Source: an uncultured Rhodospirillaceae bacterium (GTDB lineage: Bacteria; Pseudomonadota; Alphaproteobacteria; UBA2966). From it: 64,000 bases of DNA. The stretch spans positions 11,499 to 75,498 of the forward strand of contig CAZGTM010000005.1 in assembly GCA_964528595.1 (NCBI GenBank), read 5' to 3'. The position numbers were made by a program, and so were the translations under genes. Positions within the stretch are counted from its first letter, which is position 1, and every line of letters starts with the position of its first letter. Below the pieces are notes generated by a model that saw only the letters and a program-made list of their open reading frames with translations, was not told the origin of the DNA and did no database searches. Shown here piece after piece: positions 9,800 through 18,584 of the stretch.

Positions 9800-10666
9800 T
9801 TGCTGGATCCCGAATACCTCACCGTCTGGGCGCACGAGGTCCATCCCGAAGCCATCGCCGGTGTGCGGTTCCAGCATACGCTGCGTCTGCCGGACGGGAC
9901 GCCGGCCTACAACTCCGTTCGATCCGACGCCTTTCACCTGCCGCGGCCATTGACCGAACACGCCGAAGGTCTTTCCTTGGATTGGCTGCTCAGTTCCACC
10001 CAACACTTGGTGTGCTTGTACGCCAGCGAATCACTAGCCTTGGAATTCGACAGCCCCAACGCCTATCCCTTTGCCGTCAAGGTCTGCATCGGCGGAATTG
10101 ACTGTTTGGCCGGCGGGCAAGACGAGGGGCCGCTGTCGCGAACGCCGCAGAACTACATTCCCTTGCCGTGTCAGGACTGGCTCGACGCCTGGCAGAACCA
10201 TGAAGGGGAAACGATGCAATTCCTGCCGCCGCCGGTGGGGCCACCCGACGACGAGGGCATCCCGCCTCCCAGGGAGGACGAGATGGACCGGATCAGCGTG
10301 ACATTCGTTCCCATGAAAGCGAGTGCGTTCGAGCGACACGCCAACAATCTGGACCTGAACGCGGGCCGTCCGGTTTACGGCACCGAGGATTTTCCCCTGC
10401 GCTTCCAGGAATCCAAAATGTTCGACGGGCGCATGAAGTATGAACTGGAGAAGGGCGCCGAATGGGACGCCGGCATGGTTTATCCCGATCCTTTCGAACC
10501 GGACGATTGGGAGATCGATCAAGCGCAAGCCGTGAGCGTCACCATGGTCCGGCCCGCCGCCTGGACGAAAATAACCAAGGAGCCGCCGCCCGGTCCCCAC
10601 TTCGAACGCCAGATATACGAGGATGCGGGGGTGCCGTGGTTCGAGAATTATGCCGATAAAAACTGA
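9800..10666 (+). CDS. Hypothetical protein, 288 aa, no recognisable domain
   Basis: TTG start with GAGG about 9 nt upstream. Strong GC3 codon bias throughout, unlike overlapping frames. Acidic and Pro-rich, with a central PPPVGPPDDEGIPPPREDE segment. Co-directional and tightly spaced with flanking catabolic genes. Confidence 0.55.
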   Translation: MLDPEYLTVWAHEVHPEAIAGVRFQHTLRLPDGTPAYNSVRSDAFHLPRPLTEHAEGLSLDWLLSSTQHLVCLYASESLALEFDSPNAYPFAVKVCIGGIDCLAGGQDEGPLSRTPQNYIPLPCQDWLDAWQNHEGETMQFLPPPVGPPDDEGIPPPREDEMDRISVTFVPMKASAFERHANNLDLNAGRPVYGTEDFPLRFQESKMFDGRMKYELEKGAEWDAGMVYPDPFEPDDWEIDQAQAVSVTMVRPAAWTKITKEPPPGPHFERQIYEDAGVPWFENYADKN

Positions 10667-10723
10667 ACCGCGTATTGGACCTCCCGTGGATGATCTCCCG
10701 TCCGGCCGCCGCGGAGCATCGAC

Positions 10724-11707
10724 TTGAAAATCCTCGTCACCGGCAGTGCCGGCCATCTCGGCGAGGCGATCGTTCGTACCCTGCAGGCCAGCGGACGCCC
10801 GGTGGCCGGGCTCGATCTCATCGCCTCGCCCTTCACCGATCGGTGCGGCTCCATCGTGGACCGCGGTTTCGTCAAGGCGGCCTTGGCCGGCGTCGATGCC
10901 GTGATCCATACGGCGACGCTGCACAAGCCCCATGCCGGAACCCACAGCCGCCAGGACTTTGTGGACACCAACGTCACGGGCACCCTGAACCTGCTGGAGG
11001 AGGCCCAGGCGGCGGGAATCCAGCGCTTCGTCTTCACCAGCACGACGAGCGCTTTCGGGAATGCCCTGACGCCGGCGCCCGGCCGTCCGGCGGCCTGGAT
11101 CACGGAAGAGGTGAGGTCGATCCCCAGGAACATTTACGGCGTCACCAAGACCGCGGCTGAGGATCTCTGCCAGCTCTTTCACCGTAAATACGGGTTGCCC
11201 TCGTTGGTGCTGCGGACTTCGCGTTTTTTCCCCGAGGAGGATGACAGCAAGTCGGCCCGCGCCGCCTTCGCGGACGAAAACCTGAAGGCCAACGAGTTCC
11301 TGTTCCGCCGGGTCGATGTCGAAGACGCCGTCGAGGCCCATCTCAAGGCGGTGGAGCGCGCGCCGGAGATCGGCTTCGCCCGCTACATCATCAGCGCCAC
11401 GACGCCGTTCTCCCAAAACGACCTTGGCGACCTTCGCGGCCAGGCCCCCGGCGTGGTGTCGCGGCTGTGTCCTGACCATGATGCGGTATACCGGGACCGG
11501 GGCTGGCGCATGTTCGACAGCCTCGACCGGGTCTACGTCAACGAAAAAGCCCGTAACGAACTCGGCTGGCAGCCGGCTTACGACTTCAATCGGATTGTCG
11601 GGCAATTGCGCGCCGGGGAAGCGATGGGCAGCGACCTTGCCCGCACCATCGGATCGAAGGGCTATCATGCCGAGGTTTTCGACGACGGGCCCTATCCCGT
11701 CGACTGA
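10724..11707 (+). CDS. NAD-dependent epimerase/dehydratase family protein (extended SDR)
   Basis: N-terminal VTGSAGHLG Rossmann motif and the YGVTK active-site motif. TTG start with GGAG 8 nt upstream. Confidence 0.8.
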   Translation: MKILVTGSAGHLGEAIVRTLQASGRPVAGLDLIASPFTDRCGSIVDRGFVKAALAGVDAVIHTATLHKPHAGTHSRQDFVDTNVTGTLNLLEEAQAAGIQRFVFTSTTSAFGNALTPAPGRPAAWITEEVRSIPRNIYGVTKTAAEDLCQLFHRKYGLPSLVLRTSRFFPEEDDSKSARAAFADENLKANEFLFRRVDVEDAVEAHLKAVERAPEIGFARYIISATTPFSQNDLGDLRGQAPGVVSRLCPDHDAVYRDRGWRMFDSLDRVYVNEKARNELGWQPAYDFNRIVGQLRAGEAMGSDLARTIGSKGYHAEVFDDGPYPVD

Positions 11708-11713
11708 ACCTTT

Positions 11714-12214
11714 TTACGTCGCCGCTTCCAGCCGGACCAGATAGCGTTGCTCGCCTTCCAAGATTAATTCCCGCCGTTGGTTGTGGATGGTCGCCTTCAG
11801 GGTAACGATCCCGGTTGTCCGCTGCGGCTCCAGGGCGGTGATCTCAAGCATCGGATATACCGTATCCCCGGCGTAAAGCGGCTTGAGGAAGCGGCTCGAC
11901 TGGTCGAGGAAACCGATCAGCGCGTCGCCGATTACATGGGGGAACAGCCCGGCGCCGGGCGCGGTTTGAATGAGGGCGTGGAAGCCATGGGCCAGCAGGT
12001 TGGGATGGCCCCGTTCGCGGCAATACTCGATATCGTAGTGAATGGGGTGATTGTCACCCGACGCCAGCTGAAAGGCCGCGAAATTAGCGTCCCCGATGGT
12101 GCGCGACGGAATGGCAAACCGCTCGCCGACCGTCAGTTCGGCAAAGCTTTTCTGTTCGACAAGCGCGTGCGCCGCAGGATCGAAATCATCGTCTAGGTCA
12201 TTCCCGGTGCCCAC
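11714..12214 (-). CDS. MaoC-like (R)-specific enoyl-CoA hydratase / hot-dog fold dehydratase
   Basis: Hot-dog fold signature (FAAFQLASGDNHPIHYD, LAHGFH). The preferred GTG start at about 12214 has GGAGG 6 nt upstream; the longest ORF extends to 12244. Convergent with the epimerase gene, with stops about 6 bp apart. Confidence 0.8.
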   Translation of the reverse strand: MGTGNDLDDDFDPAAHALVEQKSFAELTVGERFAIPSRTIGDANFAAFQLASGDNHPIHYDIEYCRERGHPNLLAHGFHALIQTAPGAGLFPHVIGDALIGFLDQSSRFLKPLYAGDTVYPMLEITALEPQRTTGIVTLKATIHNQRRELILEGEQRYLVRLEAAT

Positions 12215-12625
12215 CGTTAACCTCCAACTGAGCCGTTCAACCACGAAAGCCTACACCATTTTTATTGATCCAATGACGTGGCCGCCAATGAACCCGATAT
12301 CCAGAGTGTCGACATTGACCTGCCGGACCAACTGCGATTTCTCTGGGGCTACGATGTGACATGGGAGGGTTGAATTCGCAGATTCATCCTTGACGCGTGG
12401 ATAGCCCTTTTAATGCATGTGCAGGACAGCAGGGTGGAAAAAAACTGCATTATAATTCCGAAATGTTGTCTGGCTTCATGGACTCACAGACGACTTTCCC
12501 TTAAAGTTTTCCGGCAATTACGCTAGCAAGTGCTTGATTCCTGGTGGCAAGGAAGTTTCAAGCGCCCACTATGGGACAACGTTCCCAAATCAAGCCACAA
12601 AAGAACTGAACAGGGAGTTCACGCG

Positions 12626-13612
12626 ATGATGAAGAAACTTGGACTAACTCTTGGCGCCGGTGCGGCCGCCGTCTTGGCGGTCACCGTGGTCCCGCCGACC
12701 GCCTCCGCCGAAACGACGTTGTCCGCGGCCAGCTGCTTCCCCATCGGCAGCCCGCCGTCGCGGCCGTTCGAGGCGTTGGTCAAGGAAGTCAACAAGCAGG
12801 GCGCAGGCGTCGTCAAGATCGATCTCAAGGGCGGTGCGCCGGCCATCGGCAGCCCGTTTACCCTGACGCAGAAAATGTCCAAGGGCGCGTATGACATCGT
12901 CGGCTGCACCGAAGCCTATTTCGGCAATGTGCTGCCTGAAGCACCGGCCTACCGTCTGACCGAGAAGCCCTATTCGGAACTGCGCAGTAATGGCGGCTGG
13001 GACTACATGGCGAAACTGATGGCAGCCAAGGGCGTCCACATGATTGCCCGTCATCACGACTTCGGAAAGTTCTACCTTTGGCTCAACAAGAAGATCGACA
13101 AGCCCGATCTGACGGGTCTGCATCTTCGCGTCGCTCCCGTCTACACAGCGTTCTTCGAATCTCTTGGCGCCACGACCCAGTCCTCCAACATTGCGCAAAT
13201 CTATACCTACATGGAAAACGGCACCGTCCAGGGTTACGGCTGGCCGGCACTGGGTTGGGTCCCGTCATGGGTCAAGGTGACGAAATACCGGGTCGAGCCC
13301 GGGTTCTATAGCGCCACGCTGTTGACGATGGCCAACCTCAAGAAATGGAATACCCTTTCCGCTGACGTGAAGGGCGTGCTCACCAAGGTGGGTTTGGCTT
13401 TCGAAGCCAAATCCGAACCGGCCGGTCCGGCGTTCAAAGCACTTCTCGATGCACAGAACGCCAAGACGATGAAGGAAGGTCTGATGCCCATCGAGTTCAA
13501 GGGCGCGGATCGCGAGAAATGGCTCACCGCGGCCAAGAAGGCGGCTTGGGGTGAAGTGCTGCAAAAGAGTCCTGATCATGGGGCGAAACTGCAGAAATTG
13601 TTCACCAACTAA
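12626..13612 (+). CDS. TRAP transporter substrate-binding protein (DctP family)
   Basis: Signal peptide MMKKLGLTLGAGAAAVLAVT...ASA, then a DctP-like periplasmic domain. An AGGGAG SD lies 8 nt upstream of ATG 12626; the longer track ORF begins in low-GC intergenic sequence. Confidence 0.85.
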   Translation: MMKKLGLTLGAGAAAVLAVTVVPPTASAETTLSAASCFPIGSPPSRPFEALVKEVNKQGAGVVKIDLKGGAPAIGSPFTLTQKMSKGAYDIVGCTEAYFGNVLPEAPAYRLTEKPYSELRSNGGWDYMAKLMAAKGVHMIARHHDFGKFYLWLNKKIDKPDLTGLHLRVAPVYTAFFESLGATTQSSNIAQIYTYMENGTVQGYGWPALGWVPSWVKVTKYRVEPGFYSATLLTMANLKKWNTLSADVKGVLTKVGLAFEAKSEPAGPAFKALLDAQNAKTMKEGLMPIEFKGADREKWLTAAKKAAWGEVLQKSPDHGAKLQKLFTN

Positions 13613-13716
13613 GTGACGCGTATGTAACGAACCGGGGGCGTCCGTGTTTCACGGCGCCCCCGTTTTGTGATATCCCCCCCCAACACGAACGGAAGACAAG
13701 GACGGCAGACCGCGTC

Positions 13717-14247
13717 ATGCGCAGGCAATTGGATTCATTCGAAGCCGGTTTCAATCGGTTCACCCGCTACATGATCTATCTCGTAGCGGCCTCCATCGGG
13801 CTGATAGCGGTCCTGATTCCTCTCAATCTTTTGCTCATCAAGATGCAATGGGGCAGCATGTGGTGGCTCTATGAGGGCGTCGAATACACCCTCTACGTCG
13901 GTGTTTTCATCGGCGCGCCCTGGGTGCTGCAGCAAGGCGCCCATGTCCGGGTCGACGTGCTGACATCGGCCTTGCCGAAGCCGATCGCGGCACACGTCGA
14001 GCGTCTTCTCGACCTCGCCGGCGCCGCATTGAGCTTTCTGCTTTGCTGGTACGGCGTGCGGGCGGCGATTTCGGAGTATGAAGACGGCACCATGCCGGAC
14101 AAGGCGCTCAGCATCGCCAACTGGTACATGCTGGCGATTTTCGCCCTGGCTTTCCTGCTCCTGGCGATCGAATTTCTGCTGCGCCTGCGTCGGGCCAGTG
14201 AAATCGTCGAGGCCGAAAGCGCGGCGACCAAGGAAACCGGGTTTTAG
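13717..14247 (+). CDS. TRAP transporter small permease (DctQ family)
   Basis: A four-TM, 176-aa protein placed between the DctP and DctM genes. Confidence 0.85.
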   Translation: MRRQLDSFEAGFNRFTRYMIYLVAASIGLIAVLIPLNLLLIKMQWGSMWWLYEGVEYTLYVGVFIGAPWVLQQGAHVRVDVLTSALPKPIAAHVERLLDLAGAALSFLLCWYGVRAAISEYEDGTMPDKALSIANWYMLAIFALAFLLLAIEFLLRLRRASEIVEAESAATKETGF

Positions 14248-14249
14248 TC

Positions 14250-15695
14250 ATGGAGTGGTATTTCGCCCTATCGCTCCTGCTGGGAACCGTCTGCGTTGCC
14301 ATGTTCCTCGGCATGCCCGTGGCGCTGGCCTTCTTTGCCGCCAACGTCCTCGGCACCTTCCTGTTCATCAACGGCGACATCGGTCTCGTGTTCATGCCGA
14401 TGGAGTTCCACAACGCCATCAAGTTCACCCTGTCGCCGATTGCGCTTTTCCTGTTGATGGGTGAAATCCTGTTGCAGACCGGCGTTGCCTTCAAAGCCAT
14501 CGGCGCCATCGACCGCATGATTTCCCGCATACCCGGGCGTTTGTCCGTGGTCTCGATCGTCGGCGGCACGGTGTTCTCATCGCTCTCGGGCTCGACCATC
14601 GCCAATACCGCGATCCTCGGCTCCGTCCTACTGCCCGACATGATGAAGCGCGGCTATCAGCCCGCCATCGCCATGGGGCCGATCATGGCGGTTGGCGGTA
14701 TTGCGATGCTGATCCCGCCTTCGGCGCTGGCGGTGCTGCTGGCAAGCCTGGCGGAGCAATCGGTGGCGAAACTGCTGATTGCGGGTATCGTGCCGGGCAT
14801 TTTGATGGCGGTTTTGTTCTTCGCCTATGTCGTCGGCCGCTGCATCATCAATCCCGAACTCGCTCCGACCTACACACCTGACGAAAGCTATCTCGATAAT
14901 CCCATTACGGTATCGCTGAATTCGAACGGCGAGAGCCGCTGGTCGATGACCTACAACGGCAGCTGGAAACGGATATTCAACCGCCTTCTGCCCTTCGGGT
15001 TCTATATCTTTCCGCTCGGCAGCATTTTCGTCGTCGTCGTCGGCAGCATCTTTTTCAAGATCGCCGCGCCCACCGAAGCCGCTGCGCTGGGCTGCCTGGC
15101 CTCCCTGGGCGCCTGCTATTTCTTCCGAATTTTCAAAAACAAGGTCACCATTTCCGGCATCGAAGGTGCCGATTTCACCTGGCGCGCAATCGCCAAGGCT
15201 TTGGTGGAAACGGCCAAGATCAACACCATGATCCTGTTCATCATCGCCGGCTCCCTGGTGTTCAGTCAGGCTTTGGCGAATTCCGGTGCGACCAACGGTC
15301 TGTTGGAAGCCGTGACATCGTTCGACCTGACGCCTTTGATGGTGGTCATCATCATGATGGGCGTACTGCTCTTCCTGGGCGCCTTCATGGATCAGGTCAG
15401 CATGTTGCTGCTGACCCTGCCGTTCTTCCTGCTGGGCTCCACCTCGCTTCAGGTTATCTTCAATATCGACGTCATCTGGCTGATGGTGCTGATGCTGATC
15501 ACGATGGAGATCAGCCTGCTAACGCCGCCCTTCGGCCTCCTGCTCTACGTCATGAAGGGGGTGGCGCCCTTCGAGGTTTCGCTGGGACAGGTGGTGAGAT
15601 CGGCCCTGCCGTTCATTGTTATTGAGATGGCCGTCCTGATCTTGCTCATCGCCGTGCCGGAGGTCGCGACCTGGCTGCCCAAGCAACTGAACTGA
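14250..15695 (+). CDS. TRAP transporter large permease (DctM family)
   Basis: A 481-aa polytopic membrane protein with the DctM pattern. Its start is 3 nt after the dctQ stop. Confidence 0.9.
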   Translation: MEWYFALSLLLGTVCVAMFLGMPVALAFFAANVLGTFLFINGDIGLVFMPMEFHNAIKFTLSPIALFLLMGEILLQTGVAFKAIGAIDRMISRIPGRLSVVSIVGGTVFSSLSGSTIANTAILGSVLLPDMMKRGYQPAIAMGPIMAVGGIAMLIPPSALAVLLASLAEQSVAKLLIAGIVPGILMAVLFFAYVVGRCIINPELAPTYTPDESYLDNPITVSLNSNGESRWSMTYNGSWKRIFNRLLPFGFYIFPLGSIFVVVVGSIFFKIAAPTEAAALGCLASLGACYFFRIFKNKVTISGIEGADFTWRAIAKALVETAKINTMILFIIAGSLVFSQALANSGATNGLLEAVTSFDLTPLMVVIIMMGVLLFLGAFMDQVSMLLLTLPFFLLGSTSLQVIFNIDVIWLMVLMLITMEISLLTPPFGLLLYVMKGVAPFEVSLGQVVRSALPFIVIEMAVLILLIAVPEVATWLPKQLN

Positions 15696-15730
15696 GCCGG
15701 TAACCCAGTGTTTTTTCGCGGGGGATTTCG

Positions 15731-16882
15731 ATGAAGCGACTGCCCAGATGGCTGCGCTACACCGGTTTGGCTCTGGCAGTTATCGTCGCCGGTCTGGGCC
15801 TGCTCGGGCTGGAAGCCAGTACGCAGATGGGCGCGGCGCCATCTGGCGCGCGTTGGGAGGCGGTGCAGAAATCGCCGCAGTTCGCGGACGGCAAGTTCCG
15901 CAATCCGGTTGAAACCCACATGATGGAGACGGGCAAGTACCCGGAGATGCTGGCCAACCAGTTCTTCGGCGATGAAATCCGGGTGCCGGTGCAAACGCCA
16001 CCCGTCGTCGCCCTCAATGCCGCGTCGTTCGCCGAGGCGCCCGCGTCGGGCTTGCGCATCACCTGGATCGGCCACGCCACGACGCTGGTGGAGATCGACG
16101 GCTACCGCGTGCTGTTCGATCCGGTGTTCAGCGATGTCGTCTCGCCGATTTCCTGGCTGGGACCGGGACGCTTTTTTCCGCCGCCCGTGTCGATCGCGGA
16201 CCTGCCGGACATCGACGCCGTGGTTATCTCCCACGACCACTACGACCACCTCGATTATGCCTCCATTCTCGAACTGGCGGCCAAGACCAAACATTTCATC
16301 GTGCCCCTGGGGGTCGGCGCACACCTCGACGCCTGGGATATCCCGGCCGGCCAGATCGTCGAATTGGACTGGTGGCAGGAAACCGTTTCGGGCGGCGCGC
16401 TGAAAATTATTTCAACGCCGGCTCGGCACTACTCCGGCCGCGGCCTGACGGACGGCGATACCCAGCTTTGGTCGTCCTGGTCGATCGTCGGGCTGAAGCA
16501 CCGCGTCTTTTACAGCGGCGACACGGGCTACATGCCGTTGTTCAAGGAGATCGGCGCCAAGTTGGGGCCGTTCGACGCGGCTATCGTCAAGGCCGGGGCC
16601 TACGACAAAACCTGGGCGCAGATCCACATGATGCCGGAAGATGCCGTCAGGGTGGCCAAGGATGTCCGCGGCAAGCTCATCATCCCGGTGCATTGGGGCA
16701 CCTACAATCTGGCCCAGCACGGCTGGACGGAACCCATCGAACGGATGTTGGTGGCGGCCAAGGCGGCGAATATGGCCATCGCCGCACCCCGCGCCGGCGA
16801 ATTCGTCGAACCTCATGCGCCGCCCGAAGTTGAGCGCTGGTGGCCGGACATACCTTGGAAACCGGCATCAGCCGGCGAGTAG
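15731..16882 (+). CDS. MBL-fold metallo-hydrolase (NAPE-PLD / Zn-dependent hydrolase-like), secreted or membrane-anchored
   Basis: N-terminal signal or anchor (LALAVIVAGLGLLGL) and the HDHYDH metal-binding motif of the metallo-beta-lactamase fold. Confidence 0.8.
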   Translation: MKRLPRWLRYTGLALAVIVAGLGLLGLEASTQMGAAPSGARWEAVQKSPQFADGKFRNPVETHMMETGKYPEMLANQFFGDEIRVPVQTPPVVALNAASFAEAPASGLRITWIGHATTLVEIDGYRVLFDPVFSDVVSPISWLGPGRFFPPPVSIADLPDIDAVVISHDHYDHLDYASILELAAKTKHFIVPLGVGAHLDAWDIPAGQIVELDWWQETVSGGALKIISTPARHYSGRGLTDGDTQLWSSWSIVGLKHRVFYSGDTGYMPLFKEIGAKLGPFDAAIVKAGAYDKTWAQIHMMPEDAVRVAKDVRGKLIIPVHWGTYNLAQHGWTEPIERMLVAAKAANMAIAAPRAGEFVEPHAPPEVERWWPDIPWKPASAGE

Positions 16883-16898
16883 TGAAACGAAAAAGGGG

Positions 16899-17126
16899 TT
16901 ATTGCGACATCCAGCGGCGGAATACGGCCAGCGCCTCGTCGGGGTTCTGGTCAACCATTTTGCCGATAAGCTCGATTGTCACGGGGCGGACCTGGCCTTC
17001 GATCCGGGCGTCGTCCGGGGCTTCGGGCGCAGCGGGGTCTTCACCTTCGTAGATGGTCGGCTTGCGGTTCTTGAGCGCCGCAACGATGCGCTGGCGCTTC
17101 AATTCCCTGTCGCTCGAACTGCTCAT
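16899..17126 (-). CDS. Small hypothetical protein (75 aa)
   Basis: Internal ATG (MSSSSDRELKRQRIV...) with a GGAGGG SD 5 nt upstream. GC3-rich codons. Divergent from the desaturase gene. Confidence 0.45.
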   Translation of the reverse strand: MSSSSDRELKRQRIVAALKNRKPTIYEGEDPAAPEAPDDARIEGQVRPVTIELIGKMVDQNPDEALAVFRRWMSQ

Positions 17127-17218
17127 CGTTCCCTCCGCGCCCGCATTGTCGGGGTGAAGCATGAAGAATTGGTTTAATTCCCTTACATTACGCTGGATTG
17201 CACCTGGGGCATAATGCC

Positions 17219-18127
17219 ATGAGAATGACCGACAAAGCCCTGGTCGCGGGCCTCAGCCGCGAGCAGCACAGGGAATTGCACAGCCGGTCCGACTTTGCCG
17301 GCATGCGTCACTTCGTCCTGCATTTCGGCCTCGTGCTGGCCGGCGCGGCCCTCATTCGCGCCGAAATTCCCTACTGGCCATTGCTGCTCTTGCCCCACGG
17401 CGTGGCGCTGATTTTTCTGTTCACGGCCTTGCATGAAACCATTCACCGCACGGCCTTCAAATCCAACCGGCTGAACGACCTGGTGGCCGGCATATGCGGT
17501 TTTCTGGTTCTCTTGCCGCCGCACTGGTTCCGCCAGTTCCACTTCGCCCATCACCGCGACACCAACGATCCCGGCCGCGATCCCGAACTGGCCGTCGCCA
17601 AGCCCTCGACGCTGGGCCAGTATCTCGCGTACCTCTCGGGATTGCCGGTTTGGATCGCACAGCTCCGTGGTCTGATCGGTAACGCGCTCGGCAAGAACCG
17701 CGATGCCTTCGTGGCGCAGAAGGAACGCGGCGCGGTGCGGCGCGAGGCGCGGGTCTACCTCGCCTGCTACCTCGGCGTCATTGCATTTTCCGTAGCCACG
17801 CAAAGCACCGTCCTGTTCTGGACCTGGCTGTTGCCCGCAATGTTGGGGCAGCCTTTCCTGCGCGCCTATCTGCTTGCGGAACACGCGGGCTGTCCCCTGG
17901 TGCCCGACATGTTGGAGAACAGCCGTACGACGCTGACCAACCCGGCCTTGCTTTTTGTCACCTGGAACATGCCCTATCACGCCGAGCATCACCTGCTGCC
18001 CGCGGTACCGTTCTGGCGGCTGCCCGCCCTTTACAAGATCACCAAGCCGTACCTGGCGGTGACGCAGCGGGGCTACGCCGGTTTCCACCGAGATTTCGCC
18101 GCTAACCTGCGTCGGGGGCGTGATTGA
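17219..18127 (+). CDS. Membrane fatty acid desaturase family protein (di-iron, three His boxes)
   Basis: His boxes HETIH, HFAHHRDTN and HAEHH, with several TM segments. Preferred ATG at 17219; the longest ORF begins with TTG at 17198. Confidence 0.8.
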   Translation: MRMTDKALVAGLSREQHRELHSRSDFAGMRHFVLHFGLVLAGAALIRAEIPYWPLLLLPHGVALIFLFTALHETIHRTAFKSNRLNDLVAGICGFLVLLPPHWFRQFHFAHHRDTNDPGRDPELAVAKPSTLGQYLAYLSGLPVWIAQLRGLIGNALGKNRDAFVAQKERGAVRREARVYLACYLGVIAFSVATQSTVLFWTWLLPAMLGQPFLRAYLLAEHAGCPLVPDMLENSRTTLTNPALLFVTWNMPYHAEHHLLPAVPFWRLPALYKITKPYLAVTQRGYAGFHRDFAANLRRGRD

Positions 18128-18515
18128 GTTCGATTACCGTACCGTCGGGGTCGCGGATGAACACGGCGGTATGCCCGGTGGGGAAGGTGACGGGCCCCTC
18201 CCTGATCTCGATGCCGGCGTCCTCCAAGACGGTGAGCGTCGCTGCCATGTCGCTGACCGCCAGCGCGATGTGGGTATAGCCCGCGTGTTTTTCCTCGACG
18301 TCCATCAGGATGTTGACGGGCGAAGCCTCCCGGGCGTTCAGGATGAAATTGAGAACGACGCCCGAGGGGTGGCGCAGAATGGCCACCGGCTCCGGCCCGA
18401 CCGGACCCTCGAGGAATTCGAAGCCCAGCCGGCCGTAGAATTCACGCGACCGGTCGAGGTCCTTGACGCGAATGCCGGTATGATCGATGCCGGTGATGGG
18501 GGCGCCTCGTTTCAT
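18102..18515 (-). CDS. VOC family protein (glyoxalase/bleomycin resistance/dioxygenase fold)
   Basis: 137 aa with a glyoxalase-like pattern (GIDHTGIRVKDLDRS..F; HIALAV). Its 3' end overlaps the desaturase 3' end by about 26 nt in a convergent arrangement. Confidence 0.8.
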   Translation of the reverse strand: MKRGAPITGIDHTGIRVKDLDRSREFYGRLGFEFLEGPVGPEPVAILRHPSGVVLNFILNAREASPVNILMDVEEKHAGYTHIALAVSDMAATLTVLEDAGIEIREGPVTFPTGHTAVFIRDPDGTVIELNHAPDAG

Positions 18516-18528
18516 GCCGAACTCCGGT

Positions 18529-18576
18529 AAATGGTGACAGGTACGCTTTAATATTAATGTGTACCTGTCACCATTT
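18529..18576. promoter_or_regulatory. Perfect 16-bp inverted repeat (AAATGGTGACAGGTAC-N16-GTACCTGTCACCATTT)
   Basis: Read directly between the VOC gene start (18515) and the asd stop (18585). The loop is AT-rich. Confidence 0.6.
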
Positions 18577-18584
18577 ATTGCGAA

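Noticed and set aside
10034-11668. 544-aa minus-strand ORF spanning the hypothetical-protein and epimerase genes
   Set aside because: It lies antisense to two plus-strand genes with strong motifs and GC3 bias, and it has no motifs of its own. It is a typical long spurious ORF in GC-rich DNA. The same reasoning rejects 4449-5900 (-), 21174-23171 (+), 40590-42299 (+), 52585-53328 (+), 56138-56887 (+), 59438-60583 (-) and the N-terminal two-thirds of 54846-57524 (-).
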